Translations under genes and position numbers: made by a program
Notes under the pieces: generated by a model
Told to the model about the DNA's origin: nothing
The model's database searches: none
What the model saw: the letters and a program-made list of their open reading frames with translations, nothing else
Shown: positions 47,144 through 56,135 of the stretch, one piece after another
Numbering within the stretch: the first letter of the stretch is position 1
Layout of the letters: every line of letters starts with the position of its first letter
IMG/VR virus record: IMGVR_UViG_3300020202_000084
Span: 1-59,449 of that record
DNA from: a virus
Lineage: Duplodnaviria > Caudoviricetes
Reading direction: 5' to 3' (one strand)
DNA length: 59,449 nt

Positions 47144-47983
47144 CTAATCAGATGGACTGGTTGCAGCGGTAGTTAGAGAACCACCGGAAGCGTCCACAAA
47201 ATTGCCGCCACTACCGGCATTCACCTTGAAGTTCGCAGCAGTCTCACCATCGTCGATGTGCAGGTAAACGAGCGGCTGAGAGCCGGTGGGGATTGATCCC
47301 GTTGCACCCAAATCCACTGGCTTGCCCCCGGCGCTCCGGAACTTGGTGTGATCGGTCACATTCACGCCTGCGGTATACCAAAGCTCAGCCAAATCGAAGG
47401 GGTTGCTCGCATGGACAATACTCCAGTCGCCTGCGCTCGAAAGCGGAGCGCTGAAGGCAGACCCGGTATCGGAAATTATGTTGATCGTCTCGGAAACACC
47501 GTCCAACTTAATTCCGACTATGCGGGCGCCAGGAGCCGCATTCGTATCCCACCACATCAATACGTGATGCCAACCAGACAAGGCCGTAATGTCGGTTGAC
47601 CCTTTGATCCAGAACTCAGAGCTTCCATCCGTGGAGTATAACGCCACAGTGCCGTCTGCCTCCAAAAGGGCTTGCATCCCAAAATTGTTGGCCTGCAAAA
47701 AGATTGGCTGATCGCCGGCTACTGCGGATAGATTTGTCGGCTCAACCCAAAAGCTGATTGTTCCCTGACCGGAGTCCGTGATGCCAGTCAGGTCGCCGCT
47801 CCGCGCGAGGGCGTCGGGATCGCCTTCATCAAAGCCGCCACGAAAGGCAACAGCGTCGCACGAGAAAGACGCAGGAGCTTCGCTAACCGTCACCCGCATT
47901 AATCCACTAAATCTAATATCAAAAACGCGATCGTAATTGCCCATTCCACCACTATCTGAAAAAGAAGCACGCTTACTCTTCAT
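47144..47983 (-). CDS. LamG/ConA-like lectin-domain protein
   Basis: GTISFWV, GWHHVL.WWD. Confidence 0.6.
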   Translation of the reverse strand: MKSKRASFSDSGGMGNYDRVFDIRFSGLMRVTVSEAPASFSCDAVAFRGGFDEGDPDALARSGDLTGITDSGQGTISFWVEPTNLSAVAGDQPIFLQANNFGMQALLEADGTVALYSTDGSSEFWIKGSTDITALSGWHHVLMWWDTNAAPGARIVGIKLDGVSETINIISDTGSAFSAPLSSAGDWSIVHASNPFDLAELWYTAGVNVTDHTKFRSAGGKPVDLGATGSIPTGSQPLVYLHIDDGETAANFKVNAGSGGNFVDASGGSLTTAATSPSD

Positions 47984-48526
47984 TTAAACGGCCTTAAGCA
48001 GAGCAGCTAGCTTTTCAGCCTTAGCTTCACGCTCTGCAACAGCAGCTTCTCGAACAGCAAGCGCATCAACACGCTCGTCATGTTCCTTACTCAAGCGAGC
48101 CTCAATAGACTTTAGCTCAACCATGCGAGCATCAATCTCTCGCTCACGCACCTTTAATCGTGCAGACAATTCTTCTAGGTCGTTACCTCGGGCAAGAAGA
48201 TCAGCCTGCTGTTGGAGTCGAGTATTCTCCCAAGCCACTACGTTGGCCTTGAAGACTTCACGCTTATTATCAAACTCAGAAACTTCCTTAGCAAAACCCT
48301 CTTTGGCGCTATTAAATGCTGCCTCAGTTTCTGCCAGTTGGTTATTAAGTTTATTAAGAGACGCTACTTCATCCCTCACAGAGGCCTGTAGAGCCTCATA
48401 CTCCTTCCGGACCTGCTCATACCTAGCCCAAAGCTCAGCAGCCTTCTGTGGCTCGCTAATGAGCTTTACGAGGGCAGCTGTATCAAGTGCAGGAACCGAA
48501 TCAGGGAAACGATGATTAAATGCCAT
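47984..48526 (-). CDS. coiled-coil protein
   Basis: Long heptad-rich ORF with SD. Confidence 0.65.
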   Translation of the reverse strand: MAFNHRFPDSVPALDTAALVKLISEPQKAAELWARYEQVRKEYEALQASVRDEVASLNKLNNQLAETEAAFNSAKEGFAKEVSEFDNKREVFKANVVAWENTRLQQQADLLARGNDLEELSARLKVREREIDARMVELKSIEARLSKEHDERVDALAVREAAVAEREAKAEKLAALLKAV

Positions 48527-48535
48527 GATGGTTCC

Positions 48536-48874
48536 TTAAGAGTAGAAGGTGACAGACAACTCGCAAGCTGCCTTGGCAATAACGCTAATCTCACCTACGC
48601 CATACAGATAACGAGTAGTGGGATTCACTTCATGGGCATTGTTGGGAGTGGCGTCACCGAAGGCAGCAGCATCAGTCCCGGCCGCCGTGGCGTTATATCG
48701 GGCCATAAACGAAGTGGAAGAACCGAAGATGGCATACTTGGCACCAGTAGGCACCGTAATGTATTCAGCCGTATCTGCAGCCAGTGTCTTAGTGACAGTG
48801 TAGGTGGTGGGACGAATGACCGGAGCAAAGCTGCCATCCGGCAAAATATGTAGATTATCGACAGTTCCAGCCAT
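48536..48874 (-). CDS. hypothetical virion-associated protein
   Basis: Coupled to terS, TVP.GA motif. Confidence 0.65.
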   Translation of the reverse strand: MAGTVDNLHILPDGSFAPVIRPTTYTVTKTLAADTAEYITVPTGAKYAIFGSSTSFMARYNATAAGTDAAAFGDATPNNAHEVNPTTRYLYGVGEISVIAKAACELSVTFYS

Positions 48875-49320
48875 TATTCAGTCTTAGGTTTGGAGGTTTC
48901 AAAAAGAATGCGACGGGCAATAGATTCAAGATCGATATTGACTAGCGGGGAACCGTCTTTTCCCGTAACTTCATTAGTCACCTTGTCTCCCCACTTGCGA
49001 CCATTAATGCGGGCCAGATACCATTTAATCGTATCTACTCGGAGACGGGAGCGGTTGATGGCTTCATGATCGATAGAGCCATCTGCCCTACGATCAGCAG
49101 AACTATCACCAGCGATATCTAGGATTTCATCGCCAAGAAGCTCAGCCTGGATTTGGCGAGCAAAGTTATACATCTCAGCAAACTCGGGCTTCTTGAACAC
49201 CCAAGTCGTCACCGTGCGCTTATTGGGCATGCCCGGATCACGGCAAATCTTGGCTAGGCTTTCACCCTCAGCAATACGCAGGCAGATAGCCTCGCCAAGC
49301 TCAGGCGAGTATTCGACCAT
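48874..49320 (-). CDS. terS: terminase small subunit
   Basis: YSPE...IC.RIA.GESL..IC....MP...TV..W; RL.VDT.KW. Confidence 0.9.
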   Translation of the reverse strand: MVEYSPELGEAICLRIAEGESLAKICRDPGMPNKRTVTTWVFKKPEFAEMYNFARQIQAELLGDEILDIAGDSSADRRADGSIDHEAINRSRLRVDTIKWYLARINGRKWGDKVTNEVTGKDGSPLVNIDLESIARRILFETSKPKTE

Positions 49321-49360
49321 TGAGAAACTTTCAGTAATGCGGCGAAGCCGCCGAGTTGGG

Positions 49361-49514
49361 ATAAATTGGACTGGGGAGAATAAATTGGACTACGCTAAGT
49401 GCTTGACACTGCAGGAGAGGGAAATTCCGCCCCTGGGCACCTTACTACCCAGTAACGTATTGAACCACCGACACTTTTTAGGCGTTGGACTTTTTTAAGG
49501 AGAGCAGTTGGACT
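49361..49514. mobile_element. putative attP (core 49424-49441 resembling a tRNA-Phe 3' end; arm and IHF-like sites)
   Basis: ATTCCGCCCCTGGGCACC = T-loop/acceptor end of a tRNA; TTGGACT repeats at 49361, 49380, 49484, 49507; TAANNNNTTGA at 49396 and 49453; adjacent to int. Confidence 0.75.
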
Positions 49515-50539
49515 ATCTTACTGCTTCCCGATTGTGCAAGCTTGCTACGGTTCGCCTTTCGGGTGTAGACTCCAGCTTGCTTAGGAGAGGCCCAGCCGAA
49601 CAGAGACATAAGCTCTTGCTCGGTGCAGCCAGCCTCAGCTGCCTCGCAAGCAGCCGCCTTTCGCAACCCGTGGCAGGAACAATGCGGAAGCCCAGCCTCT
49701 ACACATCGATCCTTGAACCAATTGCCAAAGCCGTTAGACGTGAACGGCTCATTGAACGCAGTGACAAGATAAATCATCTCCCCGGTAGGGCACTTATCGA
49801 TAGCTTCCTGAAGGGGTGGGATGATTGGAACGAAGCGCTCAGTTCTGGTGCGCTTCTTGCCTCGGCCCTTCCAAGCAACGTAGTGGAAAGCGCCATCCTT
49901 CACCATCTGCCGCCCAAGTCGGACAACATCAGAACGCCTGCCGCCCCCATACATCAGGAGCATTAACGCGAGATATGGCTTGGTGCCGAGAGGGTGGCGT
50001 TGTATGAACAACGCTATTTCTTCTGGCGTCCACGTATGGAACCCATCGGGGTTATCGGCACTAAGGTAGGCTACTTCAGCAGCGGGGTTAGTCGAAACAT
50101 GCTTAGCTTCCTTCCCCCATTTAAACACCTGCCGCAAAGCCTTCACTACAGAGTTACCAGCTTCAGCGCCGCCATGAGACCACTTGTCCCGAATAGCCAT
50201 CACCCAGCCGGAGTCAATACTCTTAAACGGCTTGGAGCCATGCGTCTGACAGAGCCGATCTAGTATCTTCTTTCGGACTGTCTGGGTCTGCTTAGAGAGC
50301 TCTCTCGTGAACGCAGCACTATCCATGTAGGCTAGGCAGAGCCACCTCAGGGTCCCTTCGGTTTCTTCCTGCCGGGGCTGGGGATGGGCTGCTGCCTTAG
50401 CCATCGACAACTCTTCAAAGAATGAAGGGTGGTCGGGGGAGGGGAGCTTTATCTTCTTGCAGCCGGGAGCACGATAATACCAGCGGACGACTCCGTAACG
50501 ATCCACGTCTTTAATGACGTATTTGACCTTCAGGTCCAT
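49478..50539 (-). CDS. int: tyrosine integrase
   Basis: R (GGRRSD), HGLRK, FGW, Y (VYTR); N-terminal arm-binding DRYG..R.YYR; alternative TTG start at 50557. Confidence 0.93.
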   Translation of the reverse strand: MDLKVKYVIKDVDRYGVVRWYYRAPGCKKIKLPSPDHPSFFEELSMAKAAAHPQPRQEETEGTLRWLCLAYMDSAAFTRELSKQTQTVRKKILDRLCQTHGSKPFKSIDSGWVMAIRDKWSHGGAEAGNSVVKALRQVFKWGKEAKHVSTNPAAEVAYLSADNPDGFHTWTPEEIALFIQRHPLGTKPYLALMLLMYGGGRRSDVVRLGRQMVKDGAFHYVAWKGRGKKRTRTERFVPIIPPLQEAIDKCPTGEMIYLVTAFNEPFTSNGFGNWFKDRCVEAGLPHCSCHGLRKAAACEAAEAGCTEQELMSLFGWASPKQAGVYTRKANRSKLAQSGSSKIVQLLSLKKSNA

Positions 50540-50571
50540 ACCGCTAATCGTCCCCAAACCGCGAATCCCTT

Positions 50572-50600
50572 CCTATACACTGTTCGTTAATACTTGTCAA
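50572..50600 (-). promoter_or_regulatory. sigma-70 promoter of int
   Basis: TTGACA-17-TATAGG. Confidence 0.7.
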
Positions 50601-51102
50601 ACGCAAGGGCACCGGAGCGGAGATATTGAACTCCAGCCCCTTGCTCTCATCGTGGCCCGCTATCTCCCTCGGGCCTCTAGAACTGAAGGGAGCACTTCTA
50701 TCCCGCATTACTCCCGCTGCGGACGCCCCAGAAGCGCTAACGGGGATAATAGCGCTTACCATGAGGCATTTGCGTCATAAGACGCCTTGTTATTTATCCA
50801 GAAGACCGCCAGCACCGAAGAGCTTCCCCCAGCCCTGCACCAGCAGACGATAGGGCCATTCCCATTCCATAGGAGCCGCCCCAGAAGTAACTAGCTTGGG
50901 CCAAGCCGCCTTAGCGACATAGACAACGCCAAGCATAAGAAGAAAACCAACCATCTATCTAACCCACTCTTGCTTATCGCCGCATTCATCGCACTGGAGG
51001 TATCCCTCCCAATCGCAATAAATGCTGTTTTCCTGATATCGACCTTTGCAGCCCGGCTTAAAACACTTATAACCTCTGTCGCATTTTCGTTTAGGGGCAG
51101 AC

Positions 51103-51348
51103 TTATTCCTCACCATTAAACCCTAATACATCCAACTTAGCCTGCTCTAGAAACCAGAGCATCTTATATCGATCACCTGTGGAGGACGCTAAGAACGCAC
51201 CCCCATCCTCTCTAACCCCGATAAGAACGATAGTATCAAGCTTTTCGTTCTGAATGATGGCAGAGAGTATATCGTTTACAGGGACATCTTCGATAATACC
51301 GACCTTAGGAAACTCAATAACGTTATCTTCGGTCATTAGATGCCTCAT
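51103..51348 (-). CDS. hypothetical protein
   Basis: NVIEFP...V.IG....G...ASS...LW.LE.AK pattern. Confidence 0.65.
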   Translation of the reverse strand: MRHLMTEDNVIEFPKVGIIEDVPVNDILSAIIQNEKLDTIVLIGVREDGGAFLASSTGDRYKMLWFLEQAKLDVLGFNGEE

Positions 51349-51520
51349 CTAGTTGACGGATGATATCGGCATCCATCTCTCTACCCCAGCGCTCTAGCTT
51401 TTCCTTGTGAGCTTCAAAGAGCTTCTGTCGATATATCTTCTCGAAATCTAACTGAGCATTCTCTTGGAGTATCCGCTCTAGTAGCTTCTCATTACCAGTA
51501 ACGAAGACAGTATAAGCCAT
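51323..51520 (-). CDS. hypothetical protein (first late-arm gene)
   Basis: SD AAGGA then ATG. Confidence 0.55.
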   Translation of the reverse strand: MAYTVFVTGNEKLLERILQENAQLDFEKIYRQKLFEAHKEKLERWGREMDADIIRQLDEASNDRR

Positions 51521-51660
51521 AATATCCTTAGAGACTCCCCCCTCCCCCATAGAAAGCTTCTAGAAGCGCTCTATAGTGTTCCGATATATCTTCTATCTAT
51601 CTGCTAACAAAGAACAGAAGAAACCCCCAAAAAGGGGAAAAGAAGAAAGAAACTGTTTAC

Positions 51661-51695
51661 ATATAGATTAAGACTAAAAGTAGGTGGTTTGTGAC
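51661..51695 (-). promoter_or_regulatory. phage-sigma (late) promoter
   Basis: GTCACA-N12-TTAGTCTTA-ATCTATAT heading the whole - strand arm; AT-rich UP tract. Confidence 0.7.
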
Positions 51696-51751
51696 AAAGA
51701 ATTTTAAATAATTTTAAATTATTTTTAATTCCGAATACCATTAGTGTTATT

Positions 51752-51984
51752 TATCAATTACTTAGAAGAGTCCAACTTTAGTAGAAATTTTTAGAAAAAG
51801 TCTGTAGAGCTAGCAATAACGCATGGAGCGCTATTTGTCCCCCCCGTAGTCCTCCTGTAGCGCGCTAGGTAGTCGCCTGGCAGTTTTCCATAATGCATAT
51901 TATGCGTCCGGGAATAGCGTTTGATTTCAATATGTTAGCACACACCTAGTCCTATTAGCATTCTCTAGCGTTATCAATGACTTA
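51752..51984. other. probable genome terminus/packaging region with IHF-like boxes
   Basis: WATCAANNNNTTR matches at 51752 and 51972 (near match 51925), C7 run at 51839, palindrome 51889-51904; between the divergent arms. Confidence 0.45.
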
Positions 51985-52218
51985 CTAGGTGCTACTAGAG
52001 TGCTACTTAGTCTGCTCGCGCGTATGCATGTAGGGAGGAGTAGGGGGCTATTTAGTCGCTACTCCTCTGGTAACACTCTGGTAGCTCTCTGAAGCCTTCC
52101 GAGCATCATCTAGGCAGGTATGAGCGTAAATAGGGCTTGACATGTCCTAACTAGCTCAGGCAATAATGCAGCGTTTAACGAAACTGATACGCTCTAACCC
52201 AGGAAGGAAAACTGCCAA

Positions 52219-52722
52219 ATGACTACCTACGCTAACCTAGCAGCTGCCCACAGTGTGCTTCATAGCGCCATGATGGACCTTACCAATCACATCAAGGCAG
52301 AGACCAATCCAGAGGCTATCGCGGTCCTGTCAGCGGCACATACGGCACTCTATAAGGCTTCCGGGCGCGTGTTCGATACAGCTAGCAGAAGGAATAGAAC
52401 TATGACTAAGGATCAAATCGAGCGGACGGTAGAACGCAGAATGAACGCTTTAGACTATCAGCTGATAACCAAGAACACTCTGACACAGGCTCAATACGAT
52501 ATTGAGGTAAAGAAACTGAATGACTGGGCAGAATTGCAGTATGCCAAGCTGAACAAGCCCGCCAAGCGCTATCAGGTAGAAAATACGACTAGTGTTTTCG
52601 ATTTCTCCAACCACTATTCAGTGATAGACACTTGGACTAAACAGTGTAAAGGCGACTACGCTACCGAGTCACAGGCCCAAGCTAGAGCCCGCACTCTCAA
52701 TAGCAGGAACGGAGGGAAATAG
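52219..52722 (+). CDS. early hypothetical protein
   Basis: SD AGGAAGG; first + strand gene. Confidence 0.65.
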   Translation: MTTYANLAAAHSVLHSAMMDLTNHIKAETNPEAIAVLSAAHTALYKASGRVFDTASRRNRTMTKDQIERTVERRMNALDYQLITKNTLTQAQYDIEVKKLNDWAELQYAKLNKPAKRYQVENTTSVFDFSNHYSVIDTWTKQCKGDYATESQAQARARTLNSRNGGK

Positions 52723-52724
52723 AC

Positions 52725-52961
52725 ATGGTATGGAAAACACTCCGCTATGACGCCATAGAGGCTTTCAAGCATTCATGGCCTTGTCATGGCCTACCGGATA
52801 ACTTGCACTCCCTATCATGCGACTTTGCCAGCAATGGTGATTTAGTCGATATAGAGGCATATGACAGTGACGGTAGACTGCTAGACACTCACGACTTTGA
52901 CGGACCAGCCCTGTTAGCTCTTACCCAAGACTGTCAGGCTAGTGGCGATACATCCGACTAG
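52725..52961 (+). CDS. early hypothetical protein
   Basis: SD GGAGG; F..SWPC..L, NGDLVD motif. Confidence 0.7.
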   Translation: MVWKTLRYDAIEAFKHSWPCHGLPDNLHSLSCDFASNGDLVDIEAYDSDGRLLDTHDFDGPALLALTQDCQASGDTSD

Positions 52962-52983
52962 CACTCTCCCAACACCCGCCAGC

Positions 52984-53017
52984 AAGCCCCTTAGAGCGCT
53001 CTGAGGGGCTTTCTTAT
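52984..53017 (+). terminator. terminator (repeat copy 1)
   Basis: AAGCCCCTTAGA-GCGC-TCTGAGGGGCTT plus U-tract. Confidence 0.8.
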
Positions 53018-53294
53018 TGCCCTTAGCGAGCGTAGCTAGCGCTTTCGGTCTAGTCCAAACGCAGTACAACCCGTACGTGTACAGCTGCCCTGTGTGACTC
53101 GCAGAAAGAGTCAACCTGTTCTTAAGCAATACTGCCTATACCTGTGGATAGGTGACAGCACGTCACAGCAGATAGGCCGGAAGATATAGGTAAGAGTTGC
53201 CTAGTAATAGCGTGACACTAAGTCACGACTAAGACTATGACTTATCTAGACTAATTTAGTCGTGACATGTCGTAACAGAATGTGGATAAGTCAA

Positions 53295-53332
53295 TTGACA
53301 GGGAGACTGAATAGGAGTAATGGTTAACCTGT
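53295..53332 (+). promoter_or_regulatory. sigma-70 promoter with ACAGG-N25-CCTGT operator-like flanks
   Basis: TTGACA-17-TAATGG; same architecture as 58746-58783. Confidence 0.65.
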
Positions 53333-53349
53333 GACATGGCAGTGTCACA

Positions 53350-53620
53350 TAGAGGCTAGAGCCTCACAGGGTGGCGGGTTCCCATAACTCGCAAAAAGAC
53401 GGGGACCAAAGGACTGGCAGGTCCGATGATCCCCTAGCCAAGCAACCGGGACACTTTTGGGAAAGCTTCCGTCACAAGGCTGGCAAGGGTCTAAACCTTT
53501 TCAGTCTAAAAGACAAGAGGGAATCAGGCTCAGTCATGCGGGAATAATCGCCCGTAATGCTGAAGCCTGTTTTCATTCATAAGGGGCAAACAATAGCGTC
53601 CTAGTTCTTGGCCTGTATGA
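53350..53620 (+). ncRNA. candidate structured RNA/leader
   Basis: ORF-free with consecutive stems (GCGGGTT/AACTCGC, GGGGA/TCCCC, CAGGCT/AGCCTG, closing ACAGG/CCTGT). Confidence 0.45.
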
Positions 53621-53632
53621 AAGGCTAAGGCT

Positions 53633-54448
53633 ATGACTATCCGTTCCTCTGAGACCTTTAGGTCTTCTCTGTCTTGCATGTTCACAGTGCAAGGCTTCAA
53701 TTACGATTGGATTGAGGCTAACAACCATCCTAGCCATACGTTCCCTAGGCTTGAACTACCTTCAAGCGGCTTTGAAAGTCTTCCTAGGAGCTATCAAGAG
53801 GCTTTGAAGCAAGAAGCCTATAAGGCGCTAGCGGCTAAAATGGCCACTAGTGCAGCTGAGATTGCCATTATGGCAAAGCAGCACAGGCTCGCATTGTCGG
53901 CTGAAGCTACCTTTGTGCGAGACACTGCGAACAGGCCCGACACTATCCCCAGCAACATGGAAGCAATGCGGGTTAGTCACTGGATTGAACCCAAGCGGGT
54001 GTTCATTCCGTTGCCTGCTAAGGCCGATGCTTCTCTGAAAGAGCTAGTCAAGGCTAACAGCAAGCCTGACGGGTTCATGATGGACCTACCCGGCACTCCA
54101 CAAGGCAAGGTGCTGGGCACTCTCAGCACAGAGGCTTGGCGCAAGGGGGAGGTGAATAGGATTGCTATTCACAACCCTGAGCCTCTACCGCCCTATCAGG
54201 TTCCCCAGCGTCCTATGACGGCCAGCGAACAGCAGGTTGCGGAATGGCTGGCACAGCCGGGACGCACTGTCACAACGTCTAAGCAGTCCAGCCGCCTTGC
54301 CAAGCTTATGGCGAAATTCTGGGAGCATGGGGACGGGAAGGACGGATTACAGCCTGTCATGGCGTCTAATGCGGCGCACAGGGCATTGGGCCGGATTGCC
54401 AAGGCGGAACGCTATAACGCTACTCCGCTTGCCGTTGCGGCACAGTAG
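53633..54448 (+). CDS. early hypothetical protein
   Basis: 271-aa ORF. Confidence 0.65.
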   Translation: MTIRSSETFRSSLSCMFTVQGFNYDWIEANNHPSHTFPRLELPSSGFESLPRSYQEALKQEAYKALAAKMATSAAEIAIMAKQHRLALSAEATFVRDTANRPDTIPSNMEAMRVSHWIEPKRVFIPLPAKADASLKELVKANSKPDGFMMDLPGTPQGKVLGTLSTEAWRKGEVNRIAIHNPEPLPPYQVPQRPMTASEQQVAEWLAQPGRTVTTSKQSSRLAKLMAKFWEHGDGKDGLQPVMASNAAHRALGRIAKAERYNATPLAVAAQ

Positions 54449-54552
54449 GGGGAGGGGCAAGCTATGAAACGGATTGCCCTAACCCTGTTCTGTGGTGTCG
54501 TTCTATGGGGAGGTATTTGCCTAGGATGGTATCTGGCCTTTGGGGGGACACT

Positions 54553-54765
54553 ATGACCGTCCTACAGGCTGACATATCGCTCTATTGGAAGTGTTCCAAC
54601 GTCCTGAGGGGACACAGCTACACAGTAGCTCCCACGGTTGCTACTGACTTGCTGGACACTATCGCCAGAAACAACCCTAACACCCGCCTTGCCAAGCTTT
54701 CCCTGAGCAATGGCGAAAGCATGTGGAAGGAAGGGCAGGACGCTAAGGTTATCTCTATCGCCTAG
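54553..54765 (+). CDS. early hypothetical protein
   Basis: SD GGGGGA then ATG; followed by a terminator. Confidence 0.55.
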   Translation: MTVLQADISLYWKCSNVLRGHSYTVAPTVATDLLDTIARNNPNTRLAKLSLSNGESMWKEGQDAKVISIA

Positions 54766-54783
54766 CGACTAAGCTTGACTAAC

Positions 54784-54821
54784 GGGGACTAGCGGGTTTA
54801 TAGCCTGCTAGTCCCTTTTCT
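54784..54821 (+). terminator. rho-independent terminator
   Basis: GGGACTAGCGGGT/GCCTGCTAGTCCC plus TTTTCT. Confidence 0.75.
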
Positions 54822-54834
54822 ATGGAGGTAGCTA

Positions 54835-55057
54835 ATGGCTAGCAAATTCCAACACAGACACTGTAAAGCGATTGCCGAAATTCTCATGAATAATACGCCA
54901 CTAGCTCAAGACGGCGAAACAGCTATGCGGCAATGGGCGTATACTGTGTAGGGAAATGGCGGGAATGTTCTTGAGGGATAATCCGCGGTTTAATCGTGAT
55001 AGGTTCATAGCGGCTTGCAATGGTGACTATCAGAACGGCAGGGACAAGCCACGCTAG
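54835..55057 (+). pseudogene. frameshifted small phage gene (DNPRF..RF..AC family)
   Basis: SD GGAGG; frame stops at TAG 54949; conserved-looking C-terminus FLRDNPRFNRDRFIAAC continues in the +1 frame. Confidence 0.6.
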
Positions 55058-55087
55058 CGCCCCCTATCCCTTTCCTCCCTAACCCCC

Positions 55088-55125
55088 AAAGCCCCTTAGA
55101 GCGTTTCTGAGGGGCTTTTTCTTTT
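55088..55125 (+). terminator. terminator (repeat copy 2)
   Basis: Near-identical to the hairpin at 52984-53012. Confidence 0.8.
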
Positions 55126-55441
55126 CCCCTAGTCCAATACGTCCAAATAGCTCAAAAGCCGCTGGCGGGCTTCTATTGCGGATTGGCAGCTATTCCGACT
55201 TAGCAGCCTAGAGCTAGTCACAGCTGAAAACCTAGAATTATTCTAATTCTAAGTAAGAGGTTCTTACATTAACAGCTTGAACTATTCCAATAACCTGGCT
55301 AATCCATTGATATTACGTAGTTATTTTACTCTGGCTAATCGCAGTTAGTTTTGAGATACTAGTGACTGTTCGGAAGGCGGGTAGCAGAGAGTAAGGGGCT
55401 AGCCTTCCAGCCCTTCCTACCGTTTATCGGAGGTGACAGAG

Positions 55442-55684
55442 ATGAAACTTGGCAAGCGCGAACGTCAAGCTAGGCGCGAATTAATGCGTGCTAGTGAGGC
55501 AATCCGGGCGCGTATTGCTAGGGCAGAAAACCCTGGCATTGACGCGGCGGCATGTTCTGGGCGCGTATCTAGTCCGCTGGCCGCTTTGTGGCCTAGCCAA
55601 TCGGCAAAGCCTAGAGTTCCAGCCGGATGGACTACTGAGCAGGCTAGAAAAGCCGCTCATTTGGGCGGCAAGGTTTACGCCTAG
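55442..55684 (+). CDS. early hypothetical basic protein
   Basis: SD GGAGG. Confidence 0.55.
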   Translation: MKLGKRERQARRELMRASEAIRARIARAENPGIDAAACSGRVSSPLAALWPSQSAKPRVPAGWTTEQARKAAHLGGKVYA

Positions 55685-55714
55685 GCCCATTGCCCCATTG
55701 CGGCAATGTGAGAC

Positions 55715-56135
55715 TTAGCTGTTAGTGCGGGATTAGTGGCAGATTTTCCCGCACTAGCAGATACGTCTATCGTATCCCTTTAGATTTGTCCCGTGGCAGC
55801 GGGCATAGATACCTGTGTTTTGGGCGGATAGCTCATTACATGGCCTATTGGGTGTCGCTGTAATAAATACAGGCAGGCAGCCTGTATAATCCGGGGGAGG
55901 CTGATTAACGACGGCTAGGCTTATTGCTTAGGAAGAATTGTTAATCCCCTCTAAATGGTAGGTCGGGTGAGTTGTCTTACAAACAACTCTAGCCGAGAAA
56001 CCCACGCAAACCAGCAACCGCCTTTAGTGGCGCGTAGCTGAGGGTTGGACCGGCTCATAGCTAGGGCCTTGATTGGTTCCTAGCTGAATATGCCACTAAT
56101 ACCTCTGGCTATGGTTGCCTAGTAGCGGCAAACTA
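55715..56135 (+). ncRNA. candidate structured RNA (~420 nt)
   Basis: ORF-free with many stems; loop ATTAGTGGCA (55732) complementary to TGCCACTAAT (56091). Confidence 0.5.

Noticed and set aside
47113-49351. CGGC-GNA-GCCG mini-hairpins (47115, 49339) as N4-type virion-RNAP promoters
   Set aside because: No virion RNA polymerase gene and only two short copies; they may be ordinary 5' UTR hairpins
49424-49441. A second tRNA gene
   Set aside because: Only the 3' T-arm/acceptor fragment is present; better explained as an att core
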